Assembly: GCA_017451395.1 (NCBI GenBank)
Contig: JAFSPR010000059.1
Span: 4,543 to 68,542 of the forward strand
DNA length: 64,000 bases
Source: Bacteroidales bacterium
Lineage (GTDB): Bacteria; Bacteroidota; Bacteroidia; Bacteroidales; UBA932
Reading direction: 5' to 3'
Shown: positions 25,085-34,834 of the stretch, piece by piece
Layout of the letters: each line of letters begins with the position of its first letter
How positions within the stretch are numbered: the stretch's first letter is position 1
The notes under the pieces: generated by a model
Seen by the model: the letters and a program-made list of their open reading frames with translations, nothing else
Database searches by the model: none
Told to the model about the DNA's origin: nothing
Program-made: the position numbers and the translations under genes

Positions 25085-26893
25085 ATGGAATTAAAGATAT
25101 TACCGAAAAATATTGCCGATATGATTGCTGCCGGGGAGGTGGTCCAGAGACCTGCCTCGGTGGTTAAGGAACTGATGGAGAATGCGGTAGATGCAGGCGC
25201 TACGGACATAAAGGTGTCCGTGACGGACGCCGGCCGCACCCTCATCCAGGTGATAGACAACGGCAGCGGAATGAATCCTGACGACGCAGTGCTGTGCTTC
25301 GAGCGCCACGCCACCAGCAAACTCGCCACCCCGGAGGACCTCCACCACATCCTAACCTTCGGTTTCAGGGGAGAGGCCCTGGCGTCAATAGCCGCCGTGG
25401 CCGATGTAACCCTCCGCACCCGCACCCCTGATCAGGAATCCGGCGTGGAAGTGCAGATGTCGGCCTCCGAGAACAAGGGAACAAGGGAAGTGTCCTGCCC
25501 CATCGGCACAAATATAGCGGTGAGAAACCTCTTTTTCAACATCCCCGCCCGCCGCAAGTTCCTGAAATCAGACAACGTAGAGTTAAGGCACATAGTTGAG
25601 GAATTCCAGAGGGTGGCCCTCACCCGCCCGGACATAGGCTTCACCCTCACCCACAACGGCCGGGACATCCACGTGGTAAAGCCCGCAAAAAGTTTCAAAT
25701 TCCGCATCCAGGACCTCCTGGGGCCCGCAATCGTAGGTGACATTGTGGATATTGAGGCCGATACAACCATAGCCTCCCTCCGCGGATACGCCGGCCGCCC
25801 GGAAAGCGCCAAAAAGACCCTTGGCAACCAGTTTTTCTTTGTCAACGGCCGATATTTCCGCAGCCCCTACCTCCACAAGGCAGTGATGAAGGCCTACGAG
25901 AACCTGATTCCGGAGGGCACAACCCCGTCGTACTTCCTCTACATTGACGTTGACCCCGCCAGCATAGACGTTAACATCCACCCCACAAAGGCGGAGATAA
26001 AGTTCGAGGAAGACCAGCTCCTCTTCCAGACCGTCTTCGCCGCTGTGAAGGAGGCTATGGGCCGCTCCAGCATCGCCGGCAACATTGACTTTGATAACCC
26101 CGAGGCCCGGGAGATGCCGGTTATCGGCACAAGTTTCAGGGAATATACCCCTTCCAGCACCCCTACGGTTGGCCTTGATCCGGACTATGACCCCTTCAGC
26201 GAGATGCCCGGTCAGGCCGGGCATGACGGTGGGGGTGTCACCCCCGGCCCCACCGGGGGCCTCTACTCCTCCCACGTGGAGAAATCCCAGAACTACGGCG
26301 CGCTGTTTGAAAACCGCACCCTTCCCACCCAGCAGATCCTTGTGGTCCAGGGGAAGTACATCCTTACCCAAAGCGCAACGGGGCTTATGGTGGTGCACGT
26401 TCGCCGCGCCAGGGAACGCCTCTTTTTCGACCGCCTCCTGAAGGCCCTTACGGCCGATTCCCACGTGTCCCAGCAGGCCCTTTTCCCCGTCACGGTCACA
26501 GTTGGCGTGGAAGGCCGTCTCACTATTGACGCCCACGGCGACACTCTTCGGAAACTGGGCTTTGACATAGCGCCTTTCGGCCCTGACAGCGTGGTTGTGA
26601 ACGGTGTCCCGGAAGGCTACAGCGCAGAGCCCGGAAAGGCCGAGGAAATGGTTGGAAACCTCCTTCTCATCCTCTCTGACGATTCCGCCTCCCTTCCCGG
26701 AGTAATGGAGCAGGCAATGGCAGGGAAATTCGCCCTCCTGGGCGCTGCAGGCGGCGATAAACTCACTTCCCCGCTTGAAGCACAGCGCCTTGTGGACGCA
26801 CTTCTGCAGAGCGACAACCCCGAATACACTCCTTCCGGCAAGAAGATCATCTCTATTGTGGCCTTGGAAGAACTAGAAAAGAAATTCCAATAA
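25085..26893 (+). CDS. mutL: DNA mismatch repair protein MutL
   Basis: IAAGEVVQRPASVVKELMENAVDAG, GFRGEAL, DVNIHPTK. Confidence 0.96.
   Translation: MELKILPKNIADMIAAGEVVQRPASVVKELMENAVDAGATDIKVSVTDAGRTLIQVIDNGSGMNPDDAVLCFERHATSKLATPEDLHHILTFGFRGEALASIAAVADVTLRTRTPDQESGVEVQMSASENKGTREVSCPIGTNIAVRNLFFNIPARRKFLKSDNVELRHIVEEFQRVALTRPDIGFTLTHNGRDIHVVKPAKSFKFRIQDLLGPAIVGDIVDIEADTTIASLRGYAGRPESAKKTLGNQFFFVNGRYFRSPYLHKAVMKAYENLIPEGTTPSYFLYIDVDPASIDVNIHPTKAEIKFEEDQLLFQTVFAAVKEAMGRSSIAGNIDFDNPEAREMPVIGTSFREYTPSSTPTVGLDPDYDPFSEMPGQAGHDGGGVTPGPTGGLYSSHVEKSQNYGALFENRTLPTQQILVVQGKYILTQSATGLMVVHVRRARERLFFDRLLKALTADSHVSQQALFPVTVTVGVEGRLTIDAHGDTLRKLGFDIAPFGPDSVVVNGVPEGYSAEPGKAEEMVGNLLLILSDDSASLPGVMEQAMAGKFALLGAAGGDKLTSPLEAQRLVDALLQSDNPEYTPSGKKIISIVALEELEKKFQ
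26201..26263. repeat. Inverted REP doublet in frame in mutL linker
   Basis: GAGATGCCCGGTCAGGCCGGGCATGAC + 9 bp + GTCACCCCCGGCCCCACCGGGGGCCTC = 63 bp, read as EMPGQAGHDGGGVTPGPTGGL. Confidence 0.78.
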
Positions 26894-27549
26894 TGGCAAG
26901 ATTCCTGGAAAACATACCTCCCGTAACACGTAATCTCCTTTACGTTAACGTGATAATGTTTGTAGCAACGCTCATAAACCCCGTGTTTATGAAGGGCACG
27001 TTCGCTATGGCGTTCCCGTTTGCCACGGACTTCCGCTGGTGGCAGCCCGTCACGCATATGTTTATGCACGACGGCTTCTTCCACATATTCTTCAATATGT
27101 ACACCCTTGTGATGTTCGGTATGGTTGTGGAGCGGGTGCTTGGCACAAAGAGATTCCTCATCCTCTACGCCATCACGGGCTTTGGCGCCGTGGCGCTTCA
27201 CACCGGAGTGGAATTTCTCCAGGTGCAGCAGTTGCTTAAGGAATACCCCGGCACCAACCCTCTTTACATCTACAACAGCATACCCCATGTCCTGGGCGCC
27301 TCAGGTGCCGTTTATGGCGTGCTTGTGGCCTTCGCGATGCTGTATCCCCAGGCCCGGATGACACTGATCTTCCCGCCAGTCACGCTGGATGCAAAGTGGA
27401 TGGTAATCATATTTATCGGCATAGAACTCCTTACCGGAATTACCGGCACGCAGATGGGCGTTGCGCACTTTGCACACCTTGGCGGCGCCCTCTTTGGCTG
27501 GCTCGCCATCCTTTACTGGAAAAAGCGCGGTAAACTCTACAGATACTGA
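26893..27549 (+). CDS. Rhomboid intramembrane serine protease
   Basis: HIFFNM, GASGAVYG, AHFAHLGG. Confidence 0.92.
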   Translation: MARFLENIPPVTRNLLYVNVIMFVATLINPVFMKGTFAMAFPFATDFRWWQPVTHMFMHDGFFHIFFNMYTLVMFGMVVERVLGTKRFLILYAITGFGAVALHTGVEFLQVQQLLKEYPGTNPLYIYNSIPHVLGASGAVYGVLVAFAMLYPQARMTLIFPPVTLDAKWMVIIFIGIELLTGITGTQMGVAHFAHLGGALFGWLAILYWKKRGKLYRY

Positions 27550-28625
27550 TGGCAAAGCAGAAACCAAGGAAAAAGCGCAACTGGTTTACCAGCCTTTCGT
27601 TCGGCACCGTAGCCCTGGTGCTGACGGCGCTCCTTGTGCTTGGGTATCTCTCCATCGTGGTTCCGCCTGAAAAGGCCTGGTTCTTCACCCTTTTCGGCCT
27701 TATCTATCCGGTGGCGCTTCCGGCAACGCTCATCCTTTTTGTGATAGCCCTTGTACGGCGTTCAAGGACGCGTCTGGTGCTTGCGCTGGCGCTTCTTCCG
27801 TCACTGTTCTTTGCAGGCCGATACTTTCAGATATCGGCCCCGAAAGAGGCCCTTGAGCCCACTCTCACCGTTGTATCATATAATGTGGGGCTCTTCCGGC
27901 ACGGCCCCAAAGACGCCGACCGCCTGTCCCTTGCCGAGGAAGTGGCTGCCTATGTGGGCTCCCTTGACGCGGACATAATCTGCCTTCAGGAATTCTACCT
28001 CCCGGAGAGCATTTCCATAGAAAGTTGGCTCAGAAGGCATTTCCCGGGCTACAAGGCGGAATACTATATGCTCACCGGCAAAAACTGGCGCGCGGGAAAC
28101 GTGACGCTGACGCGTAGGAAGGCATCGGCCAAAGGGAAGGAAGACTTTGAAAAGTCCACCAACATGGCTCTCTGGGCCGATATTCCCCTTGACAGCGCCA
28201 CCCTCCGCGTATACAACTGCCACTTTGAGAGTTACAACATTTCCCTGCCAGGTATTGTGAAAAGGGACGTTGAGGAGACCGAGCGTAAACTCCGCCGTTC
28301 CATAACGGAGCGTCCCAGGCAAGTTGCAAAAGTCCTTAAGGGCATAGACTCCGCCCCCGTCCATTCAATTGTGGCGGGTGATTTCAACGACACCCCCCTG
28401 TCATACACCTACTTCCGCCTCATCCGCGGCCGGAGGGACAGTTTTATGAGGGCGGGGAAGGGCTTCGGGGCCACTTACAGCGCCCTGTGGCCGCTCCTGA
28501 GGCTTGACTACATCCTCTACCCCAAAGACCTTCAGGCGGTGAGTTACCGCATAGAAAAGGTGAATTTTTCAGACCATTATCCAGTAATAGTACAGTTCAA
28601 TGAAGCCGGAAGAGATTCTAGGTGA
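27549..28625 (+). CDS. Membrane-anchored endonuclease/exonuclease/phosphatase-family protein
   Basis: N-terminal TMs, SYNV, CLQE, GDFND, LDYIL, SDHYP. Confidence 0.88.
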   Translation: MAKQKPRKKRNWFTSLSFGTVALVLTALLVLGYLSIVVPPEKAWFFTLFGLIYPVALPATLILFVIALVRRSRTRLVLALALLPSLFFAGRYFQISAPKEALEPTLTVVSYNVGLFRHGPKDADRLSLAEEVAAYVGSLDADIICLQEFYLPESISIESWLRRHFPGYKAEYYMLTGKNWRAGNVTLTRRKASAKGKEDFEKSTNMALWADIPLDSATLRVYNCHFESYNISLPGIVKRDVEETERKLRRSITERPRQVAKVLKGIDSAPVHSIVAGDFNDTPLSYTYFRLIRGRRDSFMRAGKGFGATYSALWPLLRLDYILYPKDLQAVSYRIEKVNFSDHYPVIVQFNEAGRDSR

Positions 28626-29202
28626 GGCCCTCCGCGTACTCCGTGAAGGCGGCACCATCCTTTATCCCACAGACACTGTGTGGGGCTTAGGCTGCGACGC
28701 AACAAATCCCGCAGCGGTTGCAAAGATATTCGAGATTAAGCGCCGCCCGGATTCAAAGTCCCTGGTGCTCCTTGCCAGTGACCTTGATATGGTGGCAAAA
28801 TACGTGAAGCAGATCCCTTCCATAGCCGTAGACCTTGTGGAGGTGAACGACGCCCCCATGACCATCATCTACCCCGCCGCCATCGCCGGAAAACAGGAAG
28901 AGCCCGGGGACCGCTGGCACCTTGCCTGGAACGCCGTGGCCGAGGACGGAACCGTGGGTATACGTATCCCTATGGCCGATTGGTGCAAGCAGGTTGCCTA
29001 TAAACTTGGCCGCCCGCTGGTGAGTACATCGGCCAATATCTCCGGTGAACCTACCCCGCAGCGCTTCTCTGAGATTCCCCAGGAGATCAAGGACGCGGTG
29101 GATTTTGTGGTGCCCCCGTCCGTGGATACCCAGAGCACCGGCCGCGCCTCCCAGATCATCAAACTGGGCCTCCGCGGAGAAGTAGAAATCATCCGGAAAT
29201 AA
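28600..29202 (+). CDS. tsaC: Threonylcarbamoyl-AMP synthase (Sua5/YrdC)
   Basis: YPTDTVWGLGC, KRR, VSTSANISG. Confidence 0.9.
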   Translation: MKPEEILGEALRVLREGGTILYPTDTVWGLGCDATNPAAVAKIFEIKRRPDSKSLVLLASDLDMVAKYVKQIPSIAVDLVEVNDAPMTIIYPAAIAGKQEEPGDRWHLAWNAVAEDGTVGIRIPMADWCKQVAYKLGRPLVSTSANISGEPTPQRFSEIPQEIKDAVDFVVPPSVDTQSTGRASQIIKLGLRGEVEIIRK

Positions 29203-29206
29203 CCTC

Positions 29207-29358
29207 CTATTGTAATGCCGATGCGGTGGAGCCCAACCGCTTGGCTATCAATGATTTACAAGATTCTTTGGGATTACCGGTTTTCCCAAAGAATCTTGTA
29301 ACTATCTGTGTTTAAATAATTTAGCCTCCACTAAGCTATTTGGCCATTGCCGCCTCTA
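29207..29358 (+). repeat. Left arm of 152-bp inverted repeat (125-bp type A element plus 27 bp including the pepP 3' end)
   Basis: Reverse complement of 31261-31412 with 6 mismatches by hand alignment. Confidence 0.9.
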
Positions 29359-30718
29359 CGTCGTTGGGAGCAATGGGGAGGCGATTGGGACCAAGGCGTC
29401 GGGCGCCGGTGGGGGTTACAAGCACGTCATCTTCCAGACGGATACCGCCAAAGTCATAGTAGCCTTCCAATTTAGCGTAGTTCACAAAGTCCTTTCCAAG
29501 GCCTTCCTTCTTGAACTTTTCTATGAGAGCCGGGATGAAGTAAATGCCTGGTTCATCAGTGATTACGTGGCCGGGGACAAGGCGGCGGGCCATACGGAGG
29601 GAACCAAGGCCGAGCTGCTTTGCACGGGTCTGGTCAGGATCATATCCAACCAGATTCTCTCCAAGGTCCTCCATATCATGGACGTCAAGGCCCATATTGT
29701 GGCCAAGACCGTGAGGTTGGAACAGGCCGGCGATGCCGCAGGCTACCATCTCGTCAAGGTCTCCGTGGACAAGGTCCAGGGCCTGGAGGCCGTCCAGCAT
29801 CTTGCGTGCTACGGCAAGGTGGACGTCACGGTAAGTGGTACCGGGTTTAGTGAGGCTGAATGCAAGTTCGTTGCATTCATATACAATCTGGTATACATCC
29901 CTCTGCTTGGCAGTGAACTTTCCGGAAGTTGGATACGTGCGGGTGAAATCCGATGCGTAGTGGAGATTACTCTCTGCACCGGCATCAATGACCATAAGTT
30001 TTCCGGGCTCGATAATCTTGTCGTGAAGGTGGTTGTGAAGGGTTTCTCCGTGCTGGGTAAGGATAGTGGGGAATGAAACGCCCCAGCCCTTAGAAAGGGT
30101 TACGCCTTCCATCTTACCCACAATTTCCTGCTCCAGGATACCGGGTTTGATTGAATCCCGGCCCACGGAATGCATCTCATAACCAAGGGCGCAGGCATCG
30201 TCAATGGCGGCTATCTCGATGTCTTCCTTGATAAGGCGCTGAGATACTATTGCCTTCACAAGGGCCTCTGAAGGCTTTACTCCGGGAAGCAGTTTCTGAA
30301 GTTTCATTGTGTTGTAATACCTGGACGGAGGGATTACATGTACGGTGCGTCCTTTGGCGTGCTCCTTGAGCCAGGGTGCCAAATTGTCATAAGGCCCTGT
30401 CTTGTAAATGCCTACAGATTCGGCCTTTGAAGCAACTGATTCCTGCGGGCCCATCCAGATGATATCGTCTATGTCTACGTCTGTGGCAAAGATGCCCTGG
30501 TTGCCGGAATCTATGCTGAGGACTGCCGCCATATTGGGCTCGTCCAGACCAAAATAATACAGCCAGGTGCTGTCCTGACGCCATTTATAGCAATTGTCCC
30601 TGTACTGGGCGGGGGCCTCTGCGTTACCTATAAAAAGAATAAGACCGCTCTGCCCGGCCTCACGCATTTTCTGAAGCAGCGTTTCACGCCTTCTTACATA
30701 AACTTCCTTTGCAAACAT
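29336..30718 (-). CDS. pepP: Xaa-Pro aminopeptidase (M24B)
   Basis: LHN, IDAGAE, YASDFTRT, HGLGHNMGLDVHD, TDEPGIYF, GGIRLEDD. Confidence 0.9.
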   Translation of the reverse strand: MFAKEVYVRRRETLLQKMREAGQSGLILFIGNAEAPAQYRDNCYKWRQDSTWLYYFGLDEPNMAAVLSIDSGNQGIFATDVDIDDIIWMGPQESVASKAESVGIYKTGPYDNLAPWLKEHAKGRTVHVIPPSRYYNTMKLQKLLPGVKPSEALVKAIVSQRLIKEDIEIAAIDDACALGYEMHSVGRDSIKPGILEQEIVGKMEGVTLSKGWGVSFPTILTQHGETLHNHLHDKIIEPGKLMVIDAGAESNLHYASDFTRTYPTSGKFTAKQRDVYQIVYECNELAFSLTKPGTTYRDVHLAVARKMLDGLQALDLVHGDLDEMVACGIAGLFQPHGLGHNMGLDVHDMEDLGENLVGYDPDQTRAKQLGLGSLRMARRLVPGHVITDEPGIYFIPALIEKFKKEGLGKDFVNYAKLEGYYDFGGIRLEDDVLVTPTGARRLGPNRLPIAPNDVEAAMAK

Positions 30719-30768
30719 AGTTTCTGCACGTTTTTTGTTTCATCAAAGATAATGAATATTTTTGTGCT

Positions 30769-31263
30769 ATGGAAACGTTTATTGCAATAGCCGCCATCAT
30801 TCTTGGCGTAGTAGGAATAGTGGGCAGCGTGGCTCCGGGCCTTCCCGGGCCGCCCCTAAGTTGGTTTGGCATGCTGCTCCTTTACATCTGGGGTTCTGGC
30901 ACCAATGCCGCCGGAGAACCACTCTCTACAACAATGCTCCTAGTGTGGCTAGGTATTGTGATTGTAATCAGTATCCTGGATTATATTGTCCCGGCGTATT
31001 TCACAAAACTTACCGGAGGCAGTAAATACGGGGGCTGGGGCGCAATTGCAGGCCTTTTCATCGGCCTTATCTATCCTCCTATCGGCATGATTTTCGGGTC
31101 CCTTCTGGGAGCGTTCATCGCAGAACTTGTCTTTGCAGGAAAAGATACCGGAACATCGCTGAAATCGGCCTTCGGGGCCTTCCTGGGCTTTATCTTTGGA
31201 ACCGGCGCCAAACTCATCTGCACGGCCGTGATGATGTTCTACATTGTCATCTACGCGTTCTAG
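30769..31263 (+). CDS. DUF456-family membrane protein
   Basis: GSVAPGLPGPPL, DYIVPAYFTKLTGGSK, GAFIAEL; highly hydrophobic. Confidence 0.85.
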   Translation: METFIAIAAIILGVVGIVGSVAPGLPGPPLSWFGMLLLYIWGSGTNAAGEPLSTTMLLVWLGIVIVISILDYIVPAYFTKLTGGSKYGGWGAIAGLFIGLIYPPIGMIFGSLLGAFIAELVFAGKDTGTSLKSAFGAFLGFIFGTGAKLICTAVMMFYIVIYAF

Positions 31264-31412
31264 AGGCGGCAATGGCCAAATAGTTTAGTGGAGGCTAAAT
31301 TATTTAAACACAGATAGTTACAAGGTTCTTTGGGAAAACCGGTAATCCTAAAGAATCTTGTAAGTTATTGATAACCAAGCGGTTGGGCTCCACCGCATCG
31401 GCATTACAATAG
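31261..31412 (-). repeat. Right arm of 152-bp inverted repeat
   Basis: Begins at the TAG stop of the DUF456 gene; TAGAGGCGGCAATGGCCAAATAG equals the last 23 nt of pepP. Confidence 0.9.
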
Positions 31413-31456
31413 AGGGTAGAGTTGGAATATCCGCGAAAAGGCGTAACTTTGTATCT

Positions 31457-31936
31457 ATGGATATAAGAATAGGAAACGGATATGACGTGCACGCAATAGC
31501 GCCGGGGCTGCCGATGTGGCTTGGCGGCGTGCATATTCCAAGTGAAAACGGTTTTGTGGCACACTCAGACGGGGATGTGGCCATCCACGCGTTGTGTGAT
31601 GCCCTGCTGGGGTGTCTGGCACTGGGGGATATCGGCCATCTTTTCCCGGACACTTCCGATGAATGGAAGGGCGTGGACAGCAAGATCCTCCTCAGAAAGG
31701 TAGTGGACCTCATCCACACCAAGGGCTACAAAGTTGGCAACGCGGACATTACCATAGCCCTCCAGAGGCCCAAACTGGCCCCGCACATAGGCACAATGCG
31801 TGGAACCCTCGCGCCAATCCTTGGCGTAACCGCCGACCGCGTGTCCATAAAGGCCACCACCACTGAGAAATTAGGTTTTGTAGGCCGATCCGAAGGCTGC
31901 GAGGTATGGGCATCGGCCCTTATCCTCAAAGACTAG
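31457..31936 (+). CDS. ispF: 2-C-methyl-D-erythritol 2,4-cyclodiphosphate synthase
   Basis: RIGNGYDVH, HSDGDVAIHALCDA, KATTTEKLGF; TAACTTTG at 31444-31451. Confidence 0.96.
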   Translation: MDIRIGNGYDVHAIAPGLPMWLGGVHIPSENGFVAHSDGDVAIHALCDALLGCLALGDIGHLFPDTSDEWKGVDSKILLRKVVDLIHTKGYKVGNADITIALQRPKLAPHIGTMRGTLAPILGVTADRVSIKATTTEKLGFVGRSEGCEVWASALILKD

Positions 31937-32328
31937 CGAAGATCCCCAAGCGATGAATCCTCCACGTGCCCGAACCAGGAAGTTACCTTGGCTCGGGCTC
32001 TGTTTTTTATGTCCGGGGTTATGGCCGATGCAACATAGGCCACCGCCGCCACCAGAGCCGCCCAGTCATCGGCCAGGCCGGCGAACGGGAGAAGATCAGG
32101 TAACAAATCGAAAGGAAGGATGAAATAACCCAGGGCTCCCATAATGACAGCCTTGTATTTGGCGGGGGTTGAAGGGTCCGTAAGTGTGTAATACAGCACC
32201 AGCGCGTAATAAATTGTTTTAACCCCGGCCTTGGAGGCTATCTTCTTCACTTTTTCCCAGAATGCGGCCTCTGAGTAATTACCCTCGTACTTGACTAAGT
32301 CTTTGGATGTGAGATCTGTCTTTTTCAT
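31933..32328 (-). CDS. YkvA/DUF1232-family protein
   Basis: GALGYFILPFDLLPDLLPFAGLADD. Confidence 0.88.
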   Translation of the reverse strand: MKKTDLTSKDLVKYEGNYSEAAFWEKVKKIASKAGVKTIYYALVLYYTLTDPSTPAKYKAVIMGALGYFILPFDLLPDLLPFAGLADDWAALVAAVAYVASAITPDIKNRARAKVTSWFGHVEDSSLGDLR

Positions 32329-32467
32329 ACAGCGGAATTCAGCCGCAAATATTGTACCCGGGGCACATTTCTCAAAAAAACCTTTGATTTTAAAAAATTT
32401 AATTATAATTTTGCGCCCAGTAGTGTATAAAGCACACCAAAGTTAACTTTAAATTATCATTAGTACT

Positions 32468-32719
32468 ATGAAGAAAGTATTTATGTCTGCTGCTATCGTA
32501 GCCCTTATGGCTGCTGCAGTCGCTTGCGGTAACAACGCAAACAAGAAGGCCGAGGCCGCTCCCGCAGAGGAAGCAAAGACCGAGTGCTGCGAAGAAAAGA
32601 ACGCCATCGAGGCTGCTGCCAACGAGGCTGTTGACGCAGTTAAGGATGCCGCTACTGAGAAGGCTGTTGAGGGTATCAACGCCGCCGCAGATGCAGCTGT
32701 TGATGCTATCAAGAAGTAA
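32468..32719 (+). CDS. Small Ala/Glu-rich lipoprotein
   Basis: Lipobox AAVAC; own -7 box and terminator. Confidence 0.8.
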   Translation: MKKVFMSAAIVALMAAAVACGNNANKKAEAAPAEEAKTECCEEKNAIEAAANEAVDAVKDAATEKAVEGINAAADAAVDAIKK

Positions 32720-32736
32720 GCTTCACCTTCAAAAAC

Positions 32737-32768
32737 AAAATCCCGGAGCGAAAGCCCCGGGATTTTTT
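32737..32768 (+). terminator. Rho-independent terminator
   Basis: AAAATCCCGG-AGC-GAAA-GCC-CCGGGATTTTTT. Confidence 0.8.
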
Positions 32769-32784
32769 GTATATTTGTGTCTGT

Positions 32785-34149
32785 ATGGCTACAGTAAGCA
32801 GTAAGACAAAGACTCTGTGGTTCTGCTCAAATTGCGGAAACGAGTACTCCAAGTGGATGGGGCGCTGCCCCGCCTGCGGGGAGTGGAACACTATGGTGGA
32901 AAAGGAAGTTGTAACTGGCAAAAAGGCCTCTGTGAGCGTCCCCGGCGCAGGCGCAAGGCCAATGCCCCTCAAGGACGTCTCCACGGCCGTTGAAGACCGC
33001 GTGTCCCTTGGCAGCCCGGAGGTAGACCGTCTCCTTGGTGGAGGAATCGTGAAAGGAAGCCTGGTGCTGATGGGCGGAGAGCCCGGTATCGGCAAAAGTA
33101 CCCTTTCCCTGCAACTGCCGCTAAAACGTCCGGACCTAAAAACCCTCTACGTCACCGGAGAGGAGTCCGTGAAGCAGGTTAAGATGAGGGCCGACAGACT
33201 TGGCGGAGACTGCTCCAACTGCCTTATCTACAGTGAGACGGACATGGCAGAAATCCTCAAGCAGGCCCAGGAGGTGGCTCCTGACCTCATGATTGTGGAT
33301 TCCGTCCAGACAATGTACTGCCAAACGGTGGACTCCACCGCCGGCAGCGTGAGCCAGATCAAGGAGGTTGCCGCGCAGCTCTTAAGGTTTGCCAAGGGTT
33401 CCGGCATCCCCGTCATACTTATCGGCCACATTACAAAGGAAGGTACCATAGCGGGCCCCAAGATTCTGGAGCATATTGTGGACGTGGTGCTGCAGTTCGA
33501 GGGTGAGAACCGCGGGGCGTATCGCGTGCTCCGCAGCATCAAAAACCGCTTTGGAAGCACCTCTGAACTTGCTGTCTTTGAAATGACCGGAACCGGCCTC
33601 AGGGAGGTTGCAAACCCCTCCGAGATGCTTATCCCCATGCATCAGGAAGGCCTTTCCGGCACGGCAATATCGGCAATGCTGGACGGCAACAGGCCCTTCC
33701 TCTTCGAGGTCCAGGCCCTTGTGTCAAGCGCCGTCTACGGAACCGCCCAGCGCAGCGCTACAGGCTTTGACGTGCGGCGCCTCAATATGCTTCTGGCGGT
33801 GCTGGAGCGCCGTGCGGGCTTCAAACTTGGCCAGAAGGACGTGTTCCTCAATATGGCCGGCGGCCTCCGCATCACGGATCCTGCCGCAGACCTAGCCGTC
33901 ATCTGCGCCGTGCTCTCCTCCAATTTTGACTACCCCATAAAGGCCGATGTATGCTTTGCCGGCGAAGTTGGCCTCAGCGGAGAAATCAGGCCCGTCTCCC
34001 AGGCCGCAAGGCGCGCCGTAGAGGCCGCCAGGCTGGGTTTCAAAAGGATTTTCGTGAGTTCGTACACCCACTTTGACACAAAGCCTGAGGGCATTGAGAT
34101 TGTAAAGGTGGCCGATATCCCTGCCCTTGTGAAGGCGCTGTTCAAATAG
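32785..34149 (+). CDS. radA: DNA repair protein RadA/Sms
   Basis: C4 zinc finger, GEPGIGKST, KNRFG, Lon-like C-terminus. Start set at ATG 32785. Confidence 0.96.
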   Translation: MATVSSKTKTLWFCSNCGNEYSKWMGRCPACGEWNTMVEKEVVTGKKASVSVPGAGARPMPLKDVSTAVEDRVSLGSPEVDRLLGGGIVKGSLVLMGGEPGIGKSTLSLQLPLKRPDLKTLYVTGEESVKQVKMRADRLGGDCSNCLIYSETDMAEILKQAQEVAPDLMIVDSVQTMYCQTVDSTAGSVSQIKEVAAQLLRFAKGSGIPVILIGHITKEGTIAGPKILEHIVDVVLQFEGENRGAYRVLRSIKNRFGSTSELAVFEMTGTGLREVANPSEMLIPMHQEGLSGTAISAMLDGNRPFLFEVQALVSSAVYGTAQRSATGFDVRRLNMLLAVLERRAGFKLGQKDVFLNMAGGLRITDPAADLAVICAVLSSNFDYPIKADVCFAGEVGLSGEIRPVSQAARRAVEAARLGFKRIFVSSYTHFDTKPEGIEIVKVADIPALVKALFK

Positions 34150-34213
34150 CGCGTTTTGATTTCTATCTCTAAAAAAGTATATTTGTAACCGGATAATCAA
34201 TACACTAAAGCAT

Positions 34214-34834
34214 ATGGCAAAGAAGAGTCTACTGAGTCGGATTTTCGACGTTAACAAAACCAAGAACCGCGCAGCCTTCTCTGACGTGGAAAACAAAATC
34301 ACAAAGTACCATTACGGCTCCGACGCCTTTATGCAGATCCTGGAAAGCCGGTATTCCTGCCACTCGTTCAGCAGTTATCCGGTTCAGGAGTCAAAACTTC
34401 ATATGATCCTTGAAGCAGGGCGTCTGGCTCCTTCGGCCGGGAACAACCAGCCCACCCGCATCTGGGTTGTCAAGAGCGAGGAAGCCCTGGCCCGCCTCCA
34501 CACCGTTCACCCCTGCTATGGCGCCCCTGTGGTGCTTATCGTTGGCTGCCGTAATGAAGAGGCCTGGGTGCGTGAAAGCGACGGCGTGAATGCCGCCAAG
34601 ACAGATGCCGCTATCCTTCTTACCCATCTTATGCTTACGGCAACGGATGCCGGCCTTGCAAATATGTGGATATGGGATTTCGATCCAAGCAAGGTGCGTG
34701 AGGCTCTTCCTGAAACCCAGGGTCACGGCATCTACGCCCTCCTCGCAATCGGCCATCCCGCAGAAGGAGCGGGAAATCCCACTGAACTTCACTCAGAGAG
34801 AAAGCCTCTTGAGCAGATTGTGAAAACCCTGTAG
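34214..34834 (+). CDS. Nitroreductase-family protein
   Basis: RYSCHSF, LAPSAGNNQP, LLAIGHP. Confidence 0.85.
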   Translation: MAKKSLLSRIFDVNKTKNRAAFSDVENKITKYHYGSDAFMQILESRYSCHSFSSYPVQESKLHMILEAGRLAPSAGNNQPTRIWVVKSEEALARLHTVHPCYGAPVVLIVGCRNEEAWVRESDGVNAAKTDAAILLTHLMLTATDAGLANMWIWDFDPSKVREALPETQGHGIYALLAIGHPAEGAGNPTELHSERKPLEQIVKTL

